Origin: an uncultured Chloroflexia bacterium
GTDB taxonomy: Bacteria > Chloroflexota > Dehalococcoidia > DSTF01 > JALHUB01
Direction: 5' to 3'
Assembly: GCA_963703345.1 (NCBI GenBank)
Contig: OY969814.1
Coordinates: 384,001 to 448,000 of the forward strand
Length of the DNA: 64,000 nucleotides
The notes under the pieces were generated by a model. The model searched no databases. It was not told where the DNA came from and worked only from the letters and a program-made list of their open reading frames with translations. Numbering within the stretch: the stretch's first letter is position 1; each line of letters opens with the position of its first letter. The position numbers and the translations under genes are program-made. Positions 43,522-52,289 of this stretch are shown here, in pieces.

Positions 43522-44427
43522 CTAGCCGGCGCCCTCTTGCTTGGCGCTCCAGAGGCCTGTGGAGAGATACTTCCAGCCGCCGTCACCGACGAGGAGGACG
43601 AAATTGCCGCGCTCGAACCCGTCGGTGAAGGTGCGCGCTGCCTGAAGGACGGCGCCGGCGGAGACGCCTGCAAAGATGCCTTCGCGATCGGCCAGCTCGC
43701 GTGTCGCCGCGAAGGCGTCTCCGGCGCTGATGATCGCGTGCTCGTCCACAATTGTCTCGTCGAATACACCTGGCAAGAAGCCTTGCATCGTGTGCAGGCC
43801 TTCGATTAGCTCGCCAGGCTTCGGCTCAACACAGACAATCTTCACCTGCGGACGGCGCTCCTTGAGGTAGCGGCCGACGCCGGCAAGCGTGCCGCCGGTG
43901 CCGGCCCCGGCGATGAAGGCGTCGACCTCCGGCAGGTCGCGAAGGATCTCCGGTCCCGTTGTGTCGTAGTGGGCCCGGGGGTTGTCGGCATTGTCGAACT
44001 GGCATGTCAGGAAGTAGCTGCGGTCATCGCTTGCCATGCGATTTGCCAGCTCTATGGCCCCGTCCGTGTATTTTGCGCCGTCGGTGAGAATGACGTCCGC
44101 CCCGAAGGCGCGCATCACCAGCGTGCGCTCGATGCTGACGTTATCCGGCATAACCACTTTGATAGGATAGCCCTTGATCCGCGCGATCATCGCCAGCGAA
44201 ACACCGGTGTTACCGCTTGTCGCCTCGATGATCGTCATCCCCGGTCGCAACTCTCCCCGCTCTTCCGCGCGCTCTACCATATACAGAGCGATGCGGTCCT
44301 TCAAACTCCCGCCCGGGTTCTGCCCTTCCAGTTTGGCGAAAAGGCGGATTCCCGGCCGTGGGCTCAGGGACGGCATCTCTACCAGGGGCGTATTGCCGAT
44401 GAGGTCGATGAGACGGTTGTAGAGCAT
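43522..44427 (-). CDS. cysM: PLP-dependent cysteine synthase (CysM-type)
   Basis: IGNTPLV, KLEGQNPGGSLKDR, ATSGNTG, GTGGT, DGGWKYLST. Confidence 0.88.
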   Translation of the reverse strand: MLYNRLIDLIGNTPLVEMPSLSPRPGIRLFAKLEGQNPGGSLKDRIALYMVERAEERGELRPGMTIIEATSGNTGVSLAMIARIKGYPIKVVMPDNVSIERTLVMRAFGADVILTDGAKYTDGAIELANRMASDDRSYFLTCQFDNADNPRAHYDTTGPEILRDLPEVDAFIAGAGTGGTLAGVGRYLKERRPQVKIVCVEPKPGELIEGLHTMQGFLPGVFDETIVDEHAIISAGDAFAATRELADREGIFAGVSAGAVLQAARTFTDGFERGNFVLLVGDGGWKYLSTGLWSAKQEGAG

Positions 44428-44556
44428 CGCAGTCACTTCTTCGCGGCGGCGGCGCAGAACGCGTCGCAGCTCATCAAGCTCCATACTGGAAAACGGCGGA
44501 AGCGGTGGCTCGTAGCGCGACCTAGCACGATTGGCTCCGCGGCTCGAAAGGGTTTG

Positions 44557-44832
44557 CTATCCGCCGGCCGTGGCGGGAATTATCGCCACCTCGTCGCCGT
44601 CCTTGAGCTCTGTGTCCATGCCGTCCCTTGAGCTTATCTCCTGGCCGTTCACGTAAACCTTGATATGCGGCGGTATCCCGCCTTGCTCGTCGAGCAGTAT
44701 ACTACTGAGTCCGGGAAACTGCGTGTCCAGGTCGGCAAGCAAAAGGCCGATCGTGACGCCGCTCCCCCTCACGCGCGGCCGGTTGCCGGTGAGTCGCCGG
44801 AAGGGCGCCGGAATGCGAACCTCGACTGCCAT
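44557..44832 (-). CDS. MoaD/ThiS-family sulfur carrier (CysO-like)
   Basis: VRIPAPFR, VYVNG, LKDGDEVAIIPATAGG with C-terminal GG. Confidence 0.9.
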   Translation of the reverse strand: MAVEVRIPAPFRRLTGNRPRVRGSGVTIGLLLADLDTQFPGLSSILLDEQGGIPPHIKVYVNGQEISSRDGMDTELKDGDEVAIIPATAGG

Positions 44833-45010
44833 AGCATCTCCCTATCGATCAACGACGAAAACGGCGGCTTGTTGCGACCGGTCGGCGCCGGGCGACAGCA
44901 TAGGATGTGAGAAGCTCCACCTAATTCTACCAGCAATCGCTTCCGCAGTCTTGAGGCCGGCGACGACAGGATTGCGCACGATCTGCCGATTATCTGCTTG
45001 GAGGCAAGAG

Positions 45011-45208
45011 ATGGTGAGCAGCAAAGGGCAAGAGCAGGAAGCGCTCCTCGCGTGCATGCTGGACGGCGACGACGGCGCCTGGCTGCGACCACTGCTGGCG
45101 GGAACGCGCGAGAGGACGCTTTCGCAGCCCGATTCGCTGGCGGTGGACCGCATCCGCGAGGCCGTCCTGAGCCGGATAGAGCGTGGAGCCGTCCCGCTCG
45201 TTGCCTAG
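45011..45208 (+). CDS. Small hypothetical protein (65 aa)
   Basis: GGAGG upstream; protein-like helical sequence ending PLVA; fills gap. Confidence 0.45.
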   Translation: MVSSKGQEQEALLACMLDGDDGAWLRPLLAGTRERTLSQPDSLAVDRIREAVLSRIERGAVPLVA

Positions 45209-45339
45209 CGGCTCGCCGTCGCCTGCCTCCGACCCTCGCCTGGTATCGTTCCGCTCTCCCTTCGTCTGAAACGCCCGCAATCCCAAGGCGACTGATCACG
45301 TCCTTGTCGACGCCTCAGCGCGGCTGCTAGAATCGCCCC

Positions 45340-46200
45340 ATGACGGCGATTCCGACGGCACCTCTGCCCCTGACCATCGGCGGTCGCGGGTTCGCCTGGG
45401 GAAGCCGCACCTTCCTCATGGGCATCGTCAACGTTACGCCCGACTCCTTCTCCGGCGATGGCCTGGGGACGGACGCTAACGCCGCGGTCGCGCTGGGCCT
45501 GCGCCTGGAAGCGGAGGGCGCCGACGTAATCGACGTCGGCGGCGAGTTGACGCGGCCGGACGCGACGCCGGTTAGCGCCGAGGAGGAGCTGCGTCGCGTC
45601 CTCCCCGTTGTCGGGAGGCTGGCGAAGGAAGCAACCGTACCGGTGAGCATCGACACGTCGAAAGCGGAGGTCGCCGCGGCGGCCCTGGAAGCGGGCGCGG
45701 CCATGGTGAACGACGTCTGGGGCCTGCGCCGCGACCCCGACATGGCCGCCGTCGTCTCCCGCTTCGGAGTGCCAGCGGTCGTGATGCATAATCAGCGCGG
45801 TCGCTCTTTCCACGATGTCATCGGCGATATCAGGGCAGGGCTGGAGACCAGCATCGCGCTGGCCGAAGCGGCGGGAGTGCCGCGCGAACGTCTGATCCTC
45901 GATCCCGGCTTCGGCTTCGGCTGGAGCGTCGGCCACAACCTGGAGATACTGCGCCGCCTGCAGGAGCTGCGCTCGCTCGGACGGCCGCTGCTCGTCGGCA
46001 CCTCCCGCAAGTCGACGATCGGCGCCGTGCTCGACCTTCCCGCGGACGAGCGCCTTCTCGGCACGGCAGCCAGCGTCGCCATTGCCATCGCCAAGGGTGC
46101 CGACATCGTCCGCGTCCACGACGTGAAGGAGATGCTTCAGGTCTGCCGCCTGGCCGACGCCGTCGTACGCGGCTGGACGCCGTTGGAGGAAGCGCAATGA
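45340..46200 (+). CDS. folP: Dihydropteroate synthase
   Basis: MGIVNVTPDSFS, IDVGGE, SIDT, NDV, DPGFGF, GTSRKS, RVHDV. Confidence 0.96.
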   Translation: MTAIPTAPLPLTIGGRGFAWGSRTFLMGIVNVTPDSFSGDGLGTDANAAVALGLRLEAEGADVIDVGGELTRPDATPVSAEEELRRVLPVVGRLAKEATVPVSIDTSKAEVAAAALEAGAAMVNDVWGLRRDPDMAAVVSRFGVPAVVMHNQRGRSFHDVIGDIRAGLETSIALAEAAGVPRERLILDPGFGFGWSVGHNLEILRRLQELRSLGRPLLVGTSRKSTIGAVLDLPADERLLGTAASVAIAIAKGADIVRVHDVKEMLQVCRLADAVVRGWTPLEEAQ

Positions 46201-46751
46201 GCGACGGCGAGGGCGTGTATCTCGGTCTCGGCGCGAACCTGGGTAACCGGGCGGAGAACCTCCGCCTAGCGCTCCGCTACCTGTCGTCGCTGGCGCCCGC
46301 GCAGGAAGTCTCCTCGCTGTACGAGACCGTTCCCCTGGGCGACGCCGAACAGCCCGCATTCTACAACGCCGTCTGCCGTGTCGCGACGGGGCTGACGCCG
46401 CAAGCGCTGCTCCAGTACTTGAAAAGCGTCGAGTTTGAGATCGGCCGGCGGCCCGCACCGCGCTGGGCGCCGAGACCCATCGACCTGGACCTGCTGCTGT
46501 ACAGTCAGCGGATTATCGAGAAGCCCGAATTGACGGTCCCGCATCCGCGGCTGGCCGAGCGTGCATTCGTGCTCGTGCCGCTGGTGGAGATAGCGCCAGA
46601 CTTGCGACATCCCCTCCTCGGCCGCAGCATCTCCGAGATGGCGTCGTCGCTGCCGGCAGACGACCTTGCCGGCGTGCGCCGGCTGGAACCTTCAGGCTGG
46701 GAAAGAGCGCTGGAACGAGAAGGGCCGCCCGAGAAAGGCGGCCCCTGTTAG
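46197..46751 (+). CDS. folK: 2-amino-4-hydroxy-6-hydroxymethyldihydropteridine diphosphokinase
   Basis: YLGLGANLG, SSLYET, PRPIDLDLL, LTVPHP..ERAFVLVPL. Confidence 0.95.
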   Translation: MSDGEGVYLGLGANLGNRAENLRLALRYLSSLAPAQEVSSLYETVPLGDAEQPAFYNAVCRVATGLTPQALLQYLKSVEFEIGRRPAPRWAPRPIDLDLLLYSQRIIEKPELTVPHPRLAERAFVLVPLVEIAPDLRHPLLGRSISEMASSLPADDLAGVRRLEPSGWERALEREGPPEKGGPC

Positions 46752-46998
46752 CGAGTGGATGACCGAAGGTTAGGGGTTCGACGAACTCCTCCAACTCCGC
46801 GTTGTCCGGAAGCTCCGGCTCCGTCGTTAGCATCGTCCAGCCCACCCAGACGGCGAGCAGGTTGACGGCGCCGAGCGAGAACAGAAGGGGGATTGCCAAT
46901 GCCAGGTAGCTGCGCCGGACGACACCGATGACGAATACCATCATCTCCGTTACGGCCCCGAGGATGATTAGCAGCCCGAACATCTGTGACTTATCCAT
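46513..46998 (-). CDS. Small membrane protein; true 3' end probably near 46770
   Basis: Hydrophobic N-terminal ~60 aa plus acidic tail; the remainder overlaps folK antisense. Confidence 0.55.
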   Translation of the reverse strand: MDKSQMFGLLIILGAVTEMMVFVIGVVRRSYLALAIPLLFSLGAVNLLAVWVGWTMLTTEPELPDNAELEEFVEPLTFGHPLANRGRLSRAALLVPALFPSLKVPAGARRQGRLPAATTPSRRCCGRGGDVASLALSPPAARARMHARPAADAGPSIRASR

Positions 46999-47037
46999 AG
47001 TTGCACTTACCTCCGCCAGCTCCCGTTTCCCCGGGCG

Positions 47038-47229
47038 CTAGCTTTCGCTCTTGCGCAGCTCCGGCGGGAGGAGATTGGGAATGCTTTCGCTTATCGGATA
47101 GCGCTCATCGCAGTGGGCGCAGTAGAGGCTGCCCTCGACCACCTCATCGCCCTCTTCTTGGTCGACCGTGAGCGCCAGGGTCCCCTTGCACATCGGGCAG
47201 GCAAGGATATCCATGAGGTCTTTTTTCAC
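47038..47229 (-). CDS. Trm112-like protein
   Basis: LMDILACPMCKG...GSLYCAHC..YPISESIPNLL; AGGAG upstream of GTG. Confidence 0.88.
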   Translation of the reverse strand: MKKDLMDILACPMCKGTLALTVDQEEGDEVVEGSLYCAHCDERYPISESIPNLLPPELRKSES

Positions 47230-47269
47230 GATAAGCACTCCTGGGCGAGACGTTCCGGAAAACAGAAGA

Positions 47270-47298
47270 ATTGTACGTTAAGGCGATCCTGCTGTCAA
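47270..47298 (-). promoter_or_regulatory. Sigma70 promoter of the Trm112-like gene
   Basis: Minus strand TTGACA-17 nt-TACAAT. Confidence 0.75.
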
Positions 47299-47318
47299 TT
47301 CTCGTGGCAATTAGGTAC

Positions 47319-47347
47319 TTGACACACCTGCCCATCTGTGCTATTCT
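47319..47347 (+). promoter_or_regulatory. Transposase promoter with -35 inside the left TIR
   Basis: TTGACA-17 nt-TATTCT with extended TG. Confidence 0.7.
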
Positions 47348-47374
47348 CTAGGTAGATTCTTGGAGGTTAGCATC

Positions 47375-48355
47375 ATGGAAGGTAGCGAAGTCGGATTCCT
47401 CAAGGTTCTCCAGTGGAGCGAAGAACAGTGCCGCGAGTATCTGGAGCGGCAACGTTGGCCGGACGGCGCACACTGTCCGAAGTGTGGCGCGGCTGAGCCG
47501 TGGAAGATCACGCGCAAGACGGCGAGCAAGAACGCTGTCCGCTCGCTCTACCGCTGTCGCGCCTGTAAGCGGCAGTTCACGGCGACAGTCGGCACGATCT
47601 TCGAAGACTCCAAGATTCCCCTCAACAAGTGGTTTGCGGGCATATACCTGATGTGCTCCTCCAAGAAGGGCATCAGCGCCCATCAGTTGCACCGCGAACT
47701 AGAGATCACCTACAAGTCGGCGTGGTTCATGTGTCACCGCGTCCGCGAAGCGATGGGCGAGACTTATGATGCGCCCCTGAGCGGCACGGTTGAGGCCGAC
47801 GAAACCTACGTGGGTGCGCGGAGACGGCGCGGCCACAAGGTGATGCACGAGCGCATCAACGATGAGATTGAGATGGGCCTGCGACCACGGGCGCACCATG
47901 AGTTTAGCCACAAGGAAGTCGTGTTCGGCATACTGGAGAGGGGCGGAGGCGTTCGGACGTTCCATGTGACGGATGCGATAGCGCGAACTCTGAACCCCAT
48001 CCTCAAGGGCCACATGGACAAGGATGCGCGACTGATTACGGACGGCCATCCGGCCTACCGGATGATAAAGAACCACCTACAGCACGACGTGATTGACCAC
48101 GAAATCGAGTACGTGCGCGGGGACGTGCATACCCAAGGCATCGAGGGGTATTGGAGTATCCTCAAGCGCGGGCTCTATGGCGTCTTCCAGCACGTCGATG
48201 CGCGGTACTTGAGCGAGTACCTACGGGAGTTCGAGTTCCGCTTTAACCGTCGTGGGCTTCGCGATCAGGAGCGCTTTGCTCAGTTGCTGGCGCAGACTCA
48301 GGGGCGGGTTCAGTGGTATTGCCGGACGCCTCAGCCTCAGAATCCGTTCGCTTAG
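47375..48355 (+). CDS. IS1595-family DDE transposase
   Basis: Zn ribbon CPKC..CRAC, GTIFEDSKIPL, KGISAHQL HTH, VEADETY, ITDG, HTQGIEGYW, YLREFEFRFN. Confidence 0.96.
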   Translation: MEGSEVGFLKVLQWSEEQCREYLERQRWPDGAHCPKCGAAEPWKITRKTASKNAVRSLYRCRACKRQFTATVGTIFEDSKIPLNKWFAGIYLMCSSKKGISAHQLHRELEITYKSAWFMCHRVREAMGETYDAPLSGTVEADETYVGARRRRGHKVMHERINDEIEMGLRPRAHHEFSHKEVVFGILERGGGVRTFHVTDAIARTLNPILKGHMDKDARLITDGHPAYRMIKNHLQHDVIDHEIEYVRGDVHTQGIEGYWSILKRGLYGVFQHVDARYLSEYLREFEFRFNRRGLRDQERFAQLLAQTQGRVQWYCRTPQPQNPFA

Positions 48356-48437
48356 CTTGAGCGAGCCGCTTCATCGCCTCATCGAAGGGCATGTCGAGTC
48401 TAACGGTCGTGTCTTCGTGCTTGCGAGGCTTGTTCAC
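48243..48437 (-). CDS. IS-associated micro-protein (64 aa)
   Basis: GTGA overlap with the HEPN stop, AGGAGG upstream; VRLDMPFDEAMKRLA. Confidence 0.55.
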   Translation of the reverse strand: MNKPRKHEDTTVRLDMPFDEAMKRLAQAKRTDSEAEASGNTTEPAPESAPATEQSAPDREAHDG

Positions 48438-48904
48438 TGCCGCCTCCTATACGCCTGCAGGGAGCCTATATCAGGCACGAGGCTTCGAGCCTTTACCATC
48501 GCAGTCCTAGCCAGTCCAGACCATCCGCTTACCCGATAGTGCTGGAACAGTTGCCCCTTTATCTGCTCTCTGTCTGAATTGCGATAGTAGTCGGCCTGAT
48601 GCCTCATTGATCGGAGTTCGCCAAGTTCATCTGATAGGCGCTTGGCAAACCCAGCGCGCATCCCAGTATTCTGCTTTATGGCATTGGAGACGATCTCATG
48701 TTCTGAGGCGTGCTTATCGCCGCCTAGCGATTTGCGAACTGTCCGGGTTAATGCAGCGTGATCGTCACCGAACATTCGGTCACGCGCCATGAGATGACAC
48801 GCGTAATAGGCGCGGTTGATCGCAGTTCGGAGTTCGGCTTCGGTGGAACCCTCGGCAAGCCTCTCGCCGAGCGTCAGGCATTCCATTGGATCGAAGAGGG
48901 GCAT
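48434..48904 (-). CDS. HEPN domain protein (UPF0332-like)
   Basis: RTAINRAYYA, H, LGELRSMRHQADY. Confidence 0.85.
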   Translation of the reverse strand: MPLFDPMECLTLGERLAEGSTEAELRTAINRAYYACHLMARDRMFGDDHAALTRTVRKSLGGDKHASEHEIVSNAIKQNTGMRAGFAKRLSDELGELRSMRHQADYYRNSDREQIKGQLFQHYRVSGWSGLARTAMVKARSLVPDIGSLQAYRRRQ

Positions 48905-48907
48905 TGG

Positions 48908-49504
48908 TTACTCGCTCCAAGAGAAGCGGAGAGCCACGTTCTTCAGGAGCACATCTCGATCATAAATCGGCAGTCGGCCAAGCCACCTGTCAACATCGAT
49001 ATCAAGAGACTTCCAAAGGGCAAACGCCTGACTCGAATTGCCTGATACATGTACCACCAAGATTGTCTGGCTCCCGCTCCCTTCGCTCTCCTCCTCGCCA
49101 CCGATCTCGCCATCAACGTGCAATCCTGATTGGAGCGCCTTGCTTCGAACAATGGACCATAATCTATTGGCGACATCGAGCCGCTTATCTGTGAAGGCGT
49201 GGTGGTTTTTCGGATGGCGTTCTAGCGGCCGAAACCGCTGCAGTGGCGGAACCCTTCGTTCGGTTGATGGTTTTCGGCCTAGCCGGTGGTCTGCGCGCAC
49301 CTCGTTCTCGTCTCGTGCACCGTTATCATCGATAATCCGAACCATCGGTTCCCGATCTTCAAGAGGAGACCATGCAATCTCCTGTCCCTCGGATAGCCGG
49401 AGAAGCAAGTCGCCAAGCGACGAAGTGTTGCGTTCGAGACTCGCGATGTTCGCCGTTACCATGATCTCTTGCCTATCTTGTGATGTCGTTGAGAATGCGG
49501 TCAA
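48908..49504 (-). CDS. Hypothetical protein, putative antitoxin/partner of HEPN (start may be 49462)
   Basis: Stop 3 nt before the HEPN ATG; compact alpha/beta C-terminal region. Confidence 0.7.
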   Translation of the reverse strand: MTAFSTTSQDRQEIMVTANIASLERNTSSLGDLLLRLSEGQEIAWSPLEDREPMVRIIDDNGARDENEVRADHRLGRKPSTERRVPPLQRFRPLERHPKNHHAFTDKRLDVANRLWSIVRSKALQSGLHVDGEIGGEEESEGSGSQTILVVHVSGNSSQAFALWKSLDIDVDRWLGRLPIYDRDVLLKNVALRFSWSE

Positions 49505-50153
49505 TCAAACCGTCCGCAGATTCGGCCACCGCCTCGGTCGCTTCGCTTTCCTCATTGCGGTAGATCATATCTATGTGGAACCGGGCATGAGCGGCAGTGT
49601 TCACGGGGACAATGGTAAGTTCCGCCCAATTCTGTCTGTTGGGATCAAGGCCAGAGGGCGCAAACCTGATTCCATAAGGCGCAAACGCCGTACCGTCAGA
49701 CTGGAAAGAATCTGCTAACGCTCGTCCGAGGGCCTCCGTTTTGTCAACGCCACTCCACCACCTGGCGATCACGTCTATCGGGTCAACCCCCTGCTTTCGC
49801 GCTTGGCCGATGTACCGAAACTCAGCGTAGTCCACGGCAACCGTCGGGGCAAAATCGCTCACCTCGCGAGCCGCCTGTTGTAGTTCGCGATACCCCGAAA
49901 GCACTTCAGCGGTGTCGTTGCCAGTCACACCGAGGACATTATTCTTTTGGTCGAGGATCAGCCGAAGGTTGCCCCGCTTCGGGGCTTTTGTTCTTATTCC
50001 CTCCTCATCCTCGATTCGCTCCTCCACCACCCAGCCCAATTCGGGGACGCGGTCTAGAAGAGGAAGTAGGTTGATAGGGTAAAACACACTGTCGAAGCGC
50101 TGAATCAGAGTGACTCTGAGCGGGATTCGTTCCCAGGTAGTATCTGGCATCAT
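49473..50153 (-). CDS. Hypothetical protein, first gene of the IS cargo operon
   Basis: 226-aa ORF; upstream minus-strand TTGACA(50236)-17 nt-TCAAAT. Confidence 0.75.
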   Translation of the reverse strand: MMPDTTWERIPLRVTLIQRFDSVFYPINLLPLLDRVPELGWVVEERIEDEEGIRTKAPKRGNLRLILDQKNNVLGVTGNDTAEVLSGYRELQQAAREVSDFAPTVAVDYAEFRYIGQARKQGVDPIDVIARWWSGVDKTEALGRALADSFQSDGTAFAPYGIRFAPSGLDPNRQNWAELTIVPVNTAAHARFHIDMIYRNEESEATEAVAESADGLIDRILNDITR

Positions 50154-50477
50154 CTACCCGCCGCCCCCGATGATTCGGGCGGCCCAAACTCATATATCTG
50201 CGCCCCCATTTGATCATATTCGTCAGCATTTGTCAAGACGACCAGTGCCACTACCCCTAAGCGGCGTTCGCATCGCGCCCCGATCCTACGACTTTCCCTC
50301 AAGGTGTGTAAAGTAGTCAATTGCCATTCTCGTGAGCCCTAAGGCGGCTGGGCGCAACCTGCGCCTCTGGAGTTACCGTGCTCTTGCGCCGACATATCCA
50401 GCAAATACCGTCGCTATGGACGCCTTCCTGAATGAGTTCCTATAATTGAGCAAGGAGTTGAATAAGAAGCCAAACTG

Positions 50478-51263
50478 ATGCTGGATTCGATGGCCGCTGG
50501 CCGATCCGAAGATCAACCGTACCTGTCGCTCGTTCTGCCTGCCTACAATGAGGAGCAGCGGCTCGGCGCCTCGCTGCGAAGGCTGGCCGACTACCTGGGG
50601 CGGCAGACGTATGAATGCGAGATCCTGGTCGTCGATGACGGCAGCAGCGACGCCACTGCGGATGTCGCCGAGAAGGTCGCTGCGTCGATGCCCGATACCG
50701 TCAGGCTGCGCGTGCTCAGTCATCATCAGAACCTGGGCAAAGGAGCGGCGGTGAAGACGGGCTGCCTTACCGCCGCAGGCCGCTACGTGCTGTTCATGGA
50801 CGTCGACCTGGCGACGCCGCCGGAAGACTGCGGGGGGATCATCCGGGCGCTGGCGCAATCCGCCGACGTCGCTGTGGGCACGCGGCTGCAGCCTGAGGGT
50901 TACGACATGCGACGTTCACAGCCGATGTCGAGGAGGCTGATGGGAAGCCTCTTCACTTTCTTTCGCAAGCGCCTGCTCCTTCCCGACATCGAAGACACGC
51001 AGTGCCCGTTGAAAGGCTTCCGGCGGGAAGCGGCGCGGCGTATATTCGCCCAGCAACGGCTCGACGGCTGGGCCTTCGACGTCGAGATCCTCTATCTGGC
51101 GCGTCGGTTTGGCATGAAGACGGAGCAGATACCTGTGAGCTGGCATCACGTCGGTGGCTCCAAACTGCGAATGAGCCCGCCGATGGCGCTGCGCGTGTTC
51201 TGGGACCTGCTGCGCCTGCGCTTCGTGCATGCGCGGGCAGCACAACAGGAAGTCGGCGGCTGA
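50478..51263 (+). CDS. GT2 polyprenol-phosphate glycosyltransferase (DPG-synthase-like)
   Basis: SLVLPAYNE, VVDDGSSD, GKGAAV, FMDVD, DTQC..K.F, WAFDVE. Confidence 0.9.
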   Translation: MLDSMAAGRSEDQPYLSLVLPAYNEEQRLGASLRRLADYLGRQTYECEILVVDDGSSDATADVAEKVAASMPDTVRLRVLSHHQNLGKGAAVKTGCLTAAGRYVLFMDVDLATPPEDCGGIIRALAQSADVAVGTRLQPEGYDMRRSQPMSRRLMGSLFTFFRKRLLLPDIEDTQCPLKGFRREAARRIFAQQRLDGWAFDVEILYLARRFGMKTEQIPVSWHHVGGSKLRMSPPMALRVFWDLLRLRFVHARAAQQEVGG

Positions 51264-51264
51264 C

Positions 51265-52215
51265 ATGCGCGGCGCCGTCATGCACCCGGAGCACATCCTG
51301 AGAATCCCGCCCGCGGCGCGGCGGCTCCAGATCGCCATGCTGCTGACGGCCGTAATCCTGGTCGCCGAAGTCACTACCGGCTTTGTCGCAAACAGCCTCG
51401 CCCTCCTCTCAGATGCCGGCCACGTCCTGACCGACCTGTTCGCGCTCGGGCTGAGCTTCGTCGCTGTGCGCCAGGCTGCTCGCGCTTCCACGGGCCGCAT
51501 GACCTACGGCTACCATCGCATCGGGATTCTCGTCGCCGTCCTTAACGCGATCATCGTGGCGGTTGTAGCGATTCTCATCTTCATCGACGCTGGCCGTCGG
51601 CTGCAGGAGACGCCGCAGATCAAGGGGGGCCTGCTGCTGGCCATGGCCGTTGTCGGCGGTCTGGTGAACCTGGGCGTCGCGGCGATCTTGCGGGAAGAAA
51701 GCGCCCGCAGCCTCAACGTGAGGAGTGCCTTCCTGCACGTCGTCGGCGACCTGCTCGGGTCCGTGGGGGTCCTCATCGCCGCTATCGCGGTGCTTACGGC
51801 CGGCCTCGTCTGGGTCGACGCCGCGGTGAGCGTCTTCATCGGCCTCATCATCCTTGTTGGTGCGGCGCGCATCCTGCGAGAGGCGATCGGCGTCTTCCTC
51901 GAGGCCTCGCCGCCACACATCGACATCGATGAGCTCGTGCTCGAGATGAAGGCGTTGCCCGGCGTGAAAGGCATCCACGATCTCCACGTCTGGTCCATAA
52001 CACCGACGATCCATGCCCTGAGCTGCCACCTTCTCGTCGAGGACCGGACGATTAGCCAGGGCTGCGCCATGCTGGAGGGAATAAACGAGCTCCTCTCCAC
52101 GCGATTCGCCATTGCCCACAGCACGGTACAGATGGAGACGGAGGCCTGCGATCCCAACGCTCTCCACTGCTACCTTGCCCCGGAAGGGCTGCTCGGCGGC
52201 GACCACGAGCACTAG
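51265..52215 (+). CDS. CDF family Zn/Co/Cd efflux transporter
   Basis: SLALLSDAGHVLTD, TYGYHR, AFLHVVGD, HDLHVW, HSTVQ. Confidence 0.93.
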   Translation: MRGAVMHPEHILRIPPAARRLQIAMLLTAVILVAEVTTGFVANSLALLSDAGHVLTDLFALGLSFVAVRQAARASTGRMTYGYHRIGILVAVLNAIIVAVVAILIFIDAGRRLQETPQIKGGLLLAMAVVGGLVNLGVAAILREESARSLNVRSAFLHVVGDLLGSVGVLIAAIAVLTAGLVWVDAAVSVFIGLIILVGAARILREAIGVFLEASPPHIDIDELVLEMKALPGVKGIHDLHVWSITPTIHALSCHLLVEDRTISQGCAMLEGINELLSTRFAIAHSTVQMETEACDPNALHCYLAPEGLLGGDHEH

Positions 52216-52289
52216 CCGTAATTGACGGGCGGCGGCCGGACGCCTTATTCTTTTCTTGTCCCCACGGACCTGCGGAAGGCGGAAAAGCG

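Larger units (their letters stand above)
47306..50325 (+). mobile_element. IS1595-family transposon with passenger genes
   Basis: TIRs 47306-47329 GGCAATTAGGTACTTGACACACCT and 50302-50325 (20/24 match); 8-bp direct repeat ATTCTCGT at 47298-47305 and 50326-50333; lower-GC cargo. Confidence 0.95.

Noticed and set aside
43091-44832. JAB peptidase plus ubiquitin-like protein as a Bil/CBASS-type conjugation defence system
   Set aside because: No E1/E2 present; a cysteine synthase lies between them, matching the known CysO-CysM-Mec pathway
47348-47692. 114-aa minus-strand ORF inside the IS
   Set aside because: Antisense shadow of the transposase N-terminus with no independent motifs
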